A stretch of DNA of 61,651 nucleotides, the filler included. It is 4 parts of 4 records of this genome, joined end to end, with 100 filler letters (N's around TTAATTAATTAA, not from the genome) between each part and the next. Parts side by side here need not be neighbours in the genome. Positions count along the whole stretch, not along the records: positions 29,407 to 45,539 come from SRR2962707_2019; positions 45,640 to 50,920 come from SRR2962707_2023; 2 more parts are not named here. One strand, 5' to 3'. The position numbers and the translations under genes were made by a program. Below are positions 38,329 to 46,556 of this stretch, piece by piece (the first letter of the stretch is position 1; every line of letters begins with the position of its first letter). The notes below the pieces were generated by a model that did no database searches, was not told where the DNA came from, and saw nothing but the letters and a program-made list of their open reading frames with translations.

Positions 38329-41300
38329 ATGAGCCGCTCCATCCTGTCATTGATTTTTATCGCCATCGTCGGCGCTGTGATTGCCACGGCATACATGGCC
38401 TTGCCATGGATGGTGGGCTGGCTTGCACGCGATTATCTCGCCGACCGGGGATTTCCGGATGCAAGCCTGACGGTCGAATCGGTCGGGCTGACGGAAGTGA
38501 TTATTGATCGCATCGATTTCGGTGGCGATAGCAATATCAGGGCCAGAAAGCTGAGCGTTGCCTATTCGCCGGGCCGCCTGTCGCAGGGGATCATTGACGG
38601 AGTCACGGTCGCGCAACCTGAATTGCCGCTCTCCGTCGGTGTTGCCGGCATCGATCTGGGAAAACTGCAGCCGTTTCTTGAAAATGACTCGCCCGATACC
38701 GAAAGGGCCGCCGGCGGGGTTCGTCTGATCGGTCCGGTCACGGTAACGGCGGGGTTGCTCAATGTTGCGACACCGTTGGGCGACGTGGTCGCCGCGATTG
38801 AAGGTGTCGTGCTTTTGACGGACGGCATCGGCACGGATGCCAATTTCGAGTTCGCGTTGCAACACCCCAAGGCACGGGTGGGCGGGCGGCTGCATGCGAT
38901 CCTTGATTCCTTCGAACAGTTACAGCTGACCCTTGATATTCAGAACGCTCGCAGCGACGCCCGGGTCGCTTTTGAGGAATTGGCGGGTGCCGTGAATATC
39001 CGGGGGCAGATTGCCGGTGCGCTGGAGGGAGGCGGGTCGTTGACCCTGCAGGACGTGCGCATCGATGGCGTTCAGCTGGGGAATGTCGATCTGGCAGGGC
39101 AGATCAACGGCAAGGCGGCCCGGGGCGAGTTTCTCATGGGGGGAACCGGAACCGGGCTGTCCATGCAGGTGCGTGCTGAAACCGAAGATGTCTTCGACCC
39201 TGCCACCAAACTGCACCTGTATGGAGAGGCCGCGACGGATGGGCTGAAGGGGCCATACAAGCTGCCGATAGACATCGATGTCGTCGGCGCAATGGAATTT
39301 GATCTGACGGGATCGCGGCGCGATCTGCAGGCCCTGCCCGGACAGGTTACGACCGGGGCCGTGCGGGCCTTGGACGGTATCGCCGGTGTGCTTGATTTGA
39401 CCCATCTCGGGCTGGCCGCGCCAAACGGGGTCGATGCCACGCTGGATGGGAAGTTGCAGATTGCGGTGGACCGGCAGGGATGGCGCATGCGCCCGGTGAG
39501 CGGCCTGCATTTTGATCTGGGCCTGCCGTCCGGCGGCGCGGATCGGCGGTTTGAACTTTCCCTCGGCAATATTGCCGATGTCCCCTTTCTCGCAGGCGGT
39601 CCGACCGCCGCCGATCCGTTACGGCTCGGTGCGGTCTTCGACGGGGTTTTCAACAACTGGTTCCCGTTCTCGGGGGATGCCGGCGGGACGGTCTGGCCGG
39701 CGACGACGGATGGCGTGATGTTCGAGGATCTGGCATTGCGGTTTGACCCGTGGCAAATGCGGCTTGGCGGGTTGGAGGTGGTGGCCGAGCAGATCGGGGT
39801 GCGCCTGTCGGGTCCGTTCCATCAACTGGATATGGACGTATCGGCGGACGCGCGTTTTTCAGGAAGTCCTGCCACTGGGGTCACGATCAACGGCGGCCAG
39901 GTGTCGCTCGCCGGGAATGTCGGCTACGGCGCCGACGGTATCCGAATCTTTCCTGACGGCTGCATGGAACTGCGCGCCTCGGATATGGATATCCACGGGG
40001 CGCGGTTACGCCCGGGTCCCGTTGCGGTCTGTCCGCGCGCCAACGGCAGCCCGGTCATGCATGCGGTGATGGGCGATGACGGGCTTAAGCGTATTGATCT
40101 TGCTGCGGTTCTGAAAAGTACCGAAATCGCACTGGAAGGTGCAGGGCCGTATCCGCTCAGCGGCACGCTCCCGCGATTTGACGGCACCGCCAGCCTGGAT
40201 GCTGCGCGCGGCACCTGGTGGGCGAAACTGGCGTCGATGGGTGGCGACATACGTGCCGAAGGACCCGACATCGCCGTGGCGGATGTGCGCGCGGATATCA
40301 GTCTGGAAGGACGGGAAACCTTGCTGGGGGCCCGGATCGACCTGACCTCGGCGGTGCTGGCGGACAAGCAGCGGCCGCTTCGGATGCAGCCGTTATCGAT
40401 CAAGGGCAAGGGAACGTATCAGCCCTCGGCTCTGGCTTTCGACGGCAGCGCGGGGTTCGCCCGGGGGCCGTCCGTGAACATCGATGCCCGCTACCGTGTG
40501 CCGGATCGCAGAGGGTCGCTGCAACTCGGTCTGCCGGTATGGAATTTCAAAGCCGATGGTGTGCAACCGCAGACATTGCTACCGGTTCTGAAGGGTGTCA
40601 TTGCCGAAGTATCGGGCAGTATCGGGGCCGAGGCTCGGGTCGGATGGACCGGTGCGCGGATGACATCGACGGCGAAGTTGCATATCAACGATGTGGCCTT
40701 CGGGACATCTCCGGCAGAGGTTGCGGGGGTCAGCGGCGACATCGCGTTCTCGGATCTGGTGACGCTCAAGACGGATGGATCGCAGACGCTCAAAGTCGGC
40801 CTTCTGGATGCCGGATTGCCGCTCCGCAATGGGGTGATCGTTTTTGATCTGCCGGGAAATGACAGCCTGCATATCGACAGCGCCATCTGGCCCGTTGTCG
40901 GCGGTACGCTGGATATCAAGAATCTAAGCGTCCCCTTTGACCGCCCGCCGGATGTATTTGTCGCCAACCTGAAAGGGCTAGATGCGTCCGCGCTGGCCCG
41001 GAGCATGGATATCGACGGGCTTGAAGCCGAAGGTATCCTTGCGGGGAGCATTCCGATCCGGATCAACGAGGATGGGCCCGTCATCGACGATGCCCGTATA
41101 TGGTCGGACCGGAACGGCGTTCTCAGGTTTCGTTCCGAGGTGGCGCTGGAAAGCCTGAAGCAGAGCGGGGAAATGGCGGAATTGCTGTCTCAGGCACTGG
41201 CGGATTTTCGATACACCGAACTGCAGGTTTCCATGGATGGCCCGCTGTCGGGTGAAATCACGGCGAAAGCCAAGCTCAGCGGGGCCAACCCGGCACTGTA

Positions 41301-41433
41301 TGACGGCAGGCGGATCGAACTCAATGTCTCTCTCCAAGGAGCCTTGCGGGATTTGCTGCAAAGCGCTAGCGTAATTCAAGACCTTCCGGGGAACTTCCTG
41401 GACAGCGTGCAGCGTCCTTCCGGAAAGCCGTAG
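38329..41433 (+). CDS. ydbH: YdbH family intermembrane bridge protein (AsmA-like)
   Basis: N-terminal TM, long beta-rich body, C-terminal ALADFRY...GANPALYDGRRIELNVSL; followed by ynbE and ydbL. Confidence 0.88.
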   Translation: MSRSILSLIFIAIVGAVIATAYMALPWMVGWLARDYLADRGFPDASLTVESVGLTEVIIDRIDFGGDSNIRARKLSVAYSPGRLSQGIIDGVTVAQPELPLSVGVAGIDLGKLQPFLENDSPDTERAAGGVRLIGPVTVTAGLLNVATPLGDVVAAIEGVVLLTDGIGTDANFEFALQHPKARVGGRLHAILDSFEQLQLTLDIQNARSDARVAFEELAGAVNIRGQIAGALEGGGSLTLQDVRIDGVQLGNVDLAGQINGKAARGEFLMGGTGTGLSMQVRAETEDVFDPATKLHLYGEAATDGLKGPYKLPIDIDVVGAMEFDLTGSRRDLQALPGQVTTGAVRALDGIAGVLDLTHLGLAAPNGVDATLDGKLQIAVDRQGWRMRPVSGLHFDLGLPSGGADRRFELSLGNIADVPFLAGGPTAADPLRLGAVFDGVFNNWFPFSGDAGGTVWPATTDGVMFEDLALRFDPWQMRLGGLEVVAEQIGVRLSGPFHQLDMDVSADARFSGSPATGVTINGGQVSLAGNVGYGADGIRIFPDGCMELRASDMDIHGARLRPGPVAVCPRANGSPVMHAVMGDDGLKRIDLAAVLKSTEIALEGAGPYPLSGTLPRFDGTASLDAARGTWWAKLASMGGDIRAEGPDIAVADVRADISLEGRETLLGARIDLTSAVLADKQRPLRMQPLSIKGKGTYQPSALAFDGSAGFARGPSVNIDARYRVPDRRGSLQLGLPVWNFKADGVQPQTLLPVLKGVIAEVSGSIGAEARVGWTGARMTSTAKLHINDVAFGTSPAEVAGVSGDIAFSDLVTLKTDGSQTLKVGLLDAGLPLRNGVIVFDLPGNDSLHIDSAIWPVVGGTLDIKNLSVPFDRPPDVFVANLKGLDASALARSMDIDGLEAEGILAGSIPIRINEDGPVIDDARIWSDRNGVLRFRSEVALESLKQSGEMAELLSQALADFRYTELQVSMDGPLSGEITAKAKLSGANPALYDGRRIELNVSLQGALRDLLQSASVIQDLPGNFLDSVQRPSGKP

Positions 41434-41460
41434 GAGGAGCCAACTGACGGAGAGCGACCG

Positions 41461-41661
41461 ATGTCGTACCGTAACCTATGTGCTTTGCTTGCCTCGGTAT
41501 CCTTATCGTTTCCACTTATTGCCTGTGAACCCCGGGTCAAGGTTGAAGCCCCGGATAAACCCATTGTCATTAATCTCAATGTGAAGATCGAGCATGAGGT
41601 CCGGGTCCGGGTCGAAAAGGACCTGGATCAGGCTCTGTCGAGCAATCCGGGCCTGTTCTAG
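41461..41661 (+). CDS. ynbE: YnbE family lipoprotein
   Basis: LIAC lipobox; APDKPIVINLNVKIEHEVRV. Confidence 0.93.
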   Translation: MSYRNLCALLASVSLSFPLIACEPRVKVEAPDKPIVINLNVKIEHEVRVRVEKDLDQALSSNPGLF

Positions 41662-41673
41662 GAAGATATCGAC

Positions 41674-42018
41674 ATGCATAAACTTTATCGTCTGATTGCT
41701 GTTGCTGTTTTGATGGCAGGTCTTTTCACCGCGGCACCGGTTTCGGCCCAGTCGCTGTCGTTGCAGGAAGCGCAGGCCCGCGGCTATGTGGGTGAAAAAA
41801 TCGATGGCTACATCGGCGTGATCCAGAACGCTCCTGGTGTTGCGGCGCTGGTCGATGACGTCAATCTGCAGCGCCGCCAGCTTTACCGAGACATCGCGCG
41901 GAAGAACAATATTCCCCTGGCGACCGTCGAAAGACTTGCCGCTGACAAGGCGATCAACCGCGCGGCATCCGGCGAGTATGTTCAGGACCCGACAGGCAAA
42001 TGGACCAGAAAACCATGA
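41674..42018 (+). CDS. ydbL: YdbL family periplasmic protein
   Basis: GYVGEKIDGY, VNLQRRQLYRDIA, GEYVQ...GKW. Confidence 0.92.
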   Translation: MHKLYRLIAVAVLMAGLFTAAPVSAQSLSLQEAQARGYVGEKIDGYIGVIQNAPGVAALVDDVNLQRRQLYRDIARKNNIPLATVERLAADKAINRAASGEYVQDPTGKWTRKP

Positions 42019-42221
42019 ATGCCGATGATGCGTTCCGCGAATGGATGAAAACCGTACAGGCCAGCGATCTCGGCGAGCGCGAGGTGCTGAACCCTGCCCG
42101 GTCAGGAAAGCCGCTTGGCGAAATTATCCGCGATGCCGGTGGCGGACTTGTTTTCGATACCGAGCCGCCGCGCTATTACAAACTGCTCAGGGAACTGGCC
42201 CCTGCCTCATCGGGGAAATGA
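42015..42221 (+). CDS. Small hypothetical protein, possible amidase partner subunit
   Basis: ATGA overlap with ydbL; ends 4 nt before the amidase start; LVFDTEP motif. Confidence 0.6.
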   Translation: MNADDAFREWMKTVQASDLGEREVLNPARSGKPLGEIIRDAGGGLVFDTEPPRYYKLLRELAPASSGK

Positions 42222-42225
42222 TGTC

Positions 42226-43659
42226 GTGAGTGATCTGCCTGCCAATCCCTGCGATGCGTCTCTTGTCGAAATCGCCGCGGCCCTGAAATCAGGGCGGATA
42301 TCGTCCGCCGAAGTCACCGAAGCATCGATCGAGCGGCTGAGCACGCGGGGCGCTGCATTGAATGCCGTCGCCGGGATGGATGCGGATGACGCCCGTCGTC
42401 AGGCGAAGGAAGCCGATGCCGTTCCCGGTTCGGCTCCGTTGGCGGGTGTGCCGCTGGCGCACAAGGACATGTTTTATCGTCCGGGCCGGGTCAGCGAATG
42501 CGGATCGAAGGTGCGCGCGGGCTTCGTGCCAGACGTGCTGTCGGGGGCACTGAAAAAGCTCGATCAGGCCGGCGCCCTGGATATTGCCCGGCTCAACATG
42601 GCGGAATTCGCTTTCGGCGTCACCGGCCACAATGATTACACGGGGGCGGTTCGCAATCCCTGGAATCCGGCGCACATGACCGGCGGCTCATCGAGCGGGT
42701 CCGGTGCCATGGTGGCGGCGCGGGCGACTTTTGGCGCCCTTGGATCAGATACCGGTGGCTCGGTGCGATTGCCTGCGGCGTGCTGCGGTGTTGTCGGCAT
42801 GAAAGTGACCATGGGCCGGGTCAGCCGCTATGGCGCGATGCCGCTTTCGCATACGCTTGATACCGTCGGGCCGTTGACGCGGACCGTGACCGACAATGCG
42901 CTGATGCTGTCGGTGATCGCGGGGTATGATCCGGATGATGCGTCTTCTGCCGACATGCCGGTGCCTGATTATATAGCGGGACTGGAAGGCGGCGCGAAGG
43001 GTTTGAAGATCGGACTGCCGACAAGCCATTTCATGGACGGTATGGATGACGAAATCGCCGGACATTTCGAGGCTGCGGTTGACGTGATGAAGCAAGCCGG
43101 CGCCACATTCGTCGATGTGGATATGCCGGACGCCATTCAATACACCAATGCCCTGACCAGCCTGGTCACGGCGACAGAGGGCGCGTCCCTGCATCAACAC
43201 TGGCTGGAAACGCGGGGCGATGACTACGGTGCGCAGACCTTTGGCCGGCTTGCGGGCGGGCTGGCGACACCGGCCAGCCGCTATCTGCAGGCCCTCAATC
43301 TGCGGACGGAAATTCTCGCCCGGTTCAATGACATGGTCTTCAAACAGGTCGACATGATGATGACGCCGATGATGATCATGCATGTGCCGAGCATCGCCGA
43401 GTCGGATGTTCGTGCCGGCCCCGGGGCTGCCGAGCTGCTTTCAAGGATCGGACATTGCTCGCGGCCGGTAAATTTTCTGGGGCTGCCGGGGCTGAGCGTG
43501 CCCAGTGGATTTACCAAGGCCGGCCTGCCGTCGTCGGTGCAGTTCGTCGGGCGTCCGTTTGACGAAGCAACGCTGTATCGTGCCGGCCGTGCCTATGAAC
43601 GTGAAACGGAATGGTTTAAAACGGCACCTGATTCATCGCGTTGGGAAAGTGCCGCATGA
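42226..43659 (+). CDS. Amidase-signature family amidase (GatA/AtzE-like)
   Basis: GVPLAHKD, GGSSSGS, GSDTGGSVRLPA (Lys-cisSer-Ser triad); GTG start. Confidence 0.93.
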   Translation: MSDLPANPCDASLVEIAAALKSGRISSAEVTEASIERLSTRGAALNAVAGMDADDARRQAKEADAVPGSAPLAGVPLAHKDMFYRPGRVSECGSKVRAGFVPDVLSGALKKLDQAGALDIARLNMAEFAFGVTGHNDYTGAVRNPWNPAHMTGGSSSGSGAMVAARATFGALGSDTGGSVRLPAACCGVVGMKVTMGRVSRYGAMPLSHTLDTVGPLTRTVTDNALMLSVIAGYDPDDASSADMPVPDYIAGLEGGAKGLKIGLPTSHFMDGMDDEIAGHFEAAVDVMKQAGATFVDVDMPDAIQYTNALTSLVTATEGASLHQHWLETRGDDYGAQTFGRLAGGLATPASRYLQALNLRTEILARFNDMVFKQVDMMMTPMMIMHVPSIAESDVRAGPGAAELLSRIGHCSRPVNFLGLPGLSVPSGFTKAGLPSSVQFVGRPFDEATLYRAGRAYERETEWFKTAPDSSRWESAA

Positions 43660-44429
43660 CGAAACCGTTCGTTGAAATTGCCGGGCTGACGAAAAGCTTC
43701 GGCGCCAAGCATGTGTTGCGGGGTGTCGATCTCAGCGTGAATGAAGGTGAATCCCTGGTGCTGATCGGCACCTCGGGATCAGGCAAGACACTGCTGCTCA
43801 AATGCATCCTTGGGCTGATCCCGGTCGACAAGGGACAGGTCCTCGTCAACGCTGAGGACACGGTGCGATTTCGCGGCGCCCAGCGCGATGCCTTCATCGC
43901 CCGCACGGGGATGCTTTTTCAGCGTTCCGGCCTGTTCGACAGCCTGACGACTTGGGAAAATATCGGATTTCGCGCCCTGCAGGCGCACGATGCGGATCGT
44001 GATCAGGTAAAAAGTGCGGCCATCGACAAACTTGTCATGGTCGGTCTGGATCCGCATGTGGCCGATCTGTCGCCGTCTGAACTGTCCGGCGGTATGCAGA
44101 AGCGCGTCGGCATCGCGCGGGCCATTTTCGGTGATCCCGAACTGCTGCTTTTGGATGAGCCGACCGCCGGTCTCGATCCGATCATGTCCAATGTCATCAA
44201 TGACCTGATCCTTGATCTGGTGCGCCAGATTGGCTGTACGGCCATTTCAATCGACAGTGACATGGCCGGTGCAGAACGGCTGGGAGACAAGGTGGCCATG
44301 CTTTATGACGGCAAGATCATCTGGCACGGCGATGCCGACAAGATGATGGGCAGCGGCAACGAATACGTCGACCAGTTCGTGCACAGCCGTGCCGAAGGCC
44401 CCATCGACATGCCTGTGACAGCCCTCTGA
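43656..44429 (+). CDS. MlaF/Ttg2A-like ABC ATPase (orphan, altered H-loop)
   Basis: GTSGSGKT, GMLFQRSGLFDSL, LSGGMQKRVGIARA, DEPTAGLDPI, C-terminal EGPI. Confidence 0.85.
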   Translation: MTKPFVEIAGLTKSFGAKHVLRGVDLSVNEGESLVLIGTSGSGKTLLLKCILGLIPVDKGQVLVNAEDTVRFRGAQRDAFIARTGMLFQRSGLFDSLTTWENIGFRALQAHDADRDQVKSAAIDKLVMVGLDPHVADLSPSELSGGMQKRVGIARAIFGDPELLLLDEPTAGLDPIMSNVINDLILDLVRQIGCTAISIDSDMAGAERLGDKVAMLYDGKIIWHGDADKMMGSGNEYVDQFVHSRAEGPIDMPVTAL

Positions 44430-45427
44430 TGGCGGACATTCTGTCAGGCTTTTCCCGGGTGCCACTCGCCTTTGCACCGACCCCGCTTGAACATCTGCCC
44501 AATTTCAGCGCATCCCTCAACGGTTCGGACATCTGGATCAAGCGCGATGATTGCACGGGCTTTGCGCTCGGTGGCAACAAGGTGCGGAAGCTCGAGTTTT
44601 TGATGGCCGAAGCCCTCGCGCAGAAAGCCACCGTGATCGTCACTGCCGGTGGCACACAATCCAACCACGTCCGCCAGACCGCCGCTGCGGCGAGTTGCCT
44701 CGGCATGGCATGCCATTGTGTGCTTGAACGTGTCCGCACCGACGATCTGTATGAGCAGAACGGCAATGCCCTGCTTGACCGGCTGTTCGGTGCCGTCCCG
44801 CGTTACATCGACAAGGACGCTGATATGGACGCGGCGATGGCGGAGCTTGCGGCGGAACTCACGGCGGCTGGTGAAACCGTCTATGTCGTTCCGGTCGGCG
44901 GGTCCAATGCGCTCGGCGCGCTCGGCTATGTGGCCTGTGCCTTCGAGCTTTCGGCGCAGTTCCGTGAACAGGGTGTGCATCCTGGCCTGATCGTGCTTGC
45001 CAGCGGCAGCGCCGGCACCCAGGCCGGGCTGCTCGTCGGTCTTGCGCTGGCCGGTCTTGAGATCCCCGTGCTCGGCATGTGTGTCAGCCGCCCCGGTCCC
45101 GCACAGCAGGATAAGGTCAAAGCGCTGGTGGCGGATGTCTGTAGCCTGCTCGGGCGGCCCGATCTGGCGGATGTGATAGAAGTGATCTGCGACGGCGCCT
45201 ATGTCGGCCCCGGCTACGGCGTGGAGACGCCGGAGATGGGGGCCGCGGTCCGTCAACTGGCCAGAACGGAGGGCATCTTTCTGGATCCGGTCTATACCGG
45301 CAAGGCGATGGCCGGGCTGATCGATTATGCTGCGACGGGGAAGCTCGCCGGTGCCGGGTCTGCGGTGTTTCTTCACACCGGCGGCACACCGGCGTTGTTC
45401 GTCTATCCCGATGTCGCCGAAGGCTGA
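44429..45427 (+). CDS. PLP enzyme, D-cysteine desulfhydrase / cysteate sulfo-lyase family
   Basis: KRDDCTG, GGNKVRKLEFL, QSNH, LDPVYTGKA, HTGG. Confidence 0.88.
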   Translation: MADILSGFSRVPLAFAPTPLEHLPNFSASLNGSDIWIKRDDCTGFALGGNKVRKLEFLMAEALAQKATVIVTAGGTQSNHVRQTAAAASCLGMACHCVLERVRTDDLYEQNGNALLDRLFGAVPRYIDKDADMDAAMAELAAELTAAGETVYVVPVGGSNALGALGYVACAFELSAQFREQGVHPGLIVLASGSAGTQAGLLVGLALAGLEIPVLGMCVSRPGPAQQDKVKALVADVCSLLGRPDLADVIEVICDGAYVGPGYGVETPEMGAAVRQLARTEGIFLDPVYTGKAMAGLIDYAATGKLAGAGSAVFLHTGGTPALFVYPDVAEG

Positions 45428-45440
45428 GACCCTGAAGCAA

Positions 45441-45461
45441 GCCCCGGAAATAATCCGGGGC
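45441..45461. terminator. Hairpin between convergent genes
   Basis: GCCCCGGA-aataa-TCCGGGGC; followed by TTGCTT on the minus strand. Confidence 0.6.
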
Positions 45462-45494
45462 AAGTTCAGAGTAGCTTATTGCAAATAGCGGGAA

Positions 45495-45539
45495 TTACTT
45501 CACCGACGAAAACGCGGTCGGCTTCAGGATGTGGTTGGA
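45495..45539 (-). CDS. 3' fragment of an unidentified gene cut by the contig end
   Basis: Reads SNHILKPTAFSSVK-stop with GC-rich third positions, pointing at the hairpin. Confidence 0.4.
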   Translation of the reverse strand, partial: SNHILKPTAFSSVK

Positions 45540-45639
45540 NNNNNNNNNNNNNNNNNNNNNNNNNNNNNNNNNNNNNNNNNNNNTTAATTAATTAANNNNN
45601 NNNNNNNNNNNNNNNNNNNNNNNNNNNNNNNNNNNNNNN
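45540..45639. other. Artificial contig-joining spacer
   Basis: 44 N + TTAATTAATTAA + 44 N. Confidence 0.98.
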
Positions 45640-45781
45640 CTCACTCACACACTCACTCACACACTCACGCTGCCGCTCAGCTCAAAACGTCACTCCATCC
45701 ACTCCGGTCAAACGACTTGCTTTGCTGCGGTCACTCGCTCACTCGCTCGCTTTCCCTCGCTCTCACGCAACTCGCTCGCTT
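45640..45781. repeat. Degenerate (CTCA)n/(CTCG)n microsatellite region
   Basis: ctcactcacacactcactcac and ctcgctcactcgctcgct; similar tract at about 46138-46175. Confidence 0.7.
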
Positions 45782-46556
45782 GCCCTGGGAAGTTGAACTT
45801 GCACCGAAGGAAGGGAAATGGACGCGGCCACGAGAACTTTCGCGGAATGGTTGGAAGGAGCAACCTGGCCGCCCAGAAGGAAAGTGGATCGATGTTGCTG
45901 TTGACAAGCAGGCTCGCTCGCCTTCGCTCACAAGCTGCTCAACTAATCCTCAAGAACGCACGCACGCGCTCCAGCCTGGGGGGCGGTTGTGTGTTGGCTG
46001 TGCTCAGACGCAAAGCAGCACGTTGCGTGGCGATGAAGGAGATTCATGTCGCTGCTTCTGGTTGGCTTGCACAGGGCACTCAACGCTTGGCCACGGCTCA
46101 AACGTGCAACAAGCATACATTGACCACCACCGCCACCCTCACTTACTCACTCACTCACTCATTCAACTCACACACCCGCTCGCCCATTCGCCCAGCTCCA
46201 GCACGTGGTCACGACTGGCTGAAGACTCTGGAACGGTGCGAGAAGTGATCCATCCAAAGCTTGTCCGCTGCTTCTGCTTAGAGAGAGAAGACAATATACC
46301 TGCAACACGCAGAAGAAGTTCTTTGGAAAAAAGGCGTGCAGACCAGCGCCGCGACGGACAGACCGACCGAGTGTCGGTCGTCCTTTGGTTCTCATTGTGA
46401 AGGAACCCACGCCAAAAGATGCAGACTTGAACAACAATATGAACCAACTGGCCAACTAGCCGGCCAGTGCTGGCAGCAGCTAGGTGCGGACAACTCAACT
46501 CGCCGGTCGGCTGGGTCGGGTCGTGCCGTCGGTAAAGCCCACGGCACGACCACAGA

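Noticed and set aside
42226-43659. gatA of the GatCAB amidotransferase
   Set aside because: No gatB adjacent; only the general amidase signature is supported
44429-45427. ACC deaminase (acdS)
   Set aside because: Has DPVYTGK and HTGG, not the DPVYEGK and HLGG diagnostic of true ACC deaminases
45717-46400. 227-aa ORF and overlapping ORFs upstream of the P2X-like gene
   Set aside because: Runs through microsatellites, non-ATG start, no recognisable motif; likely promoter or UTR
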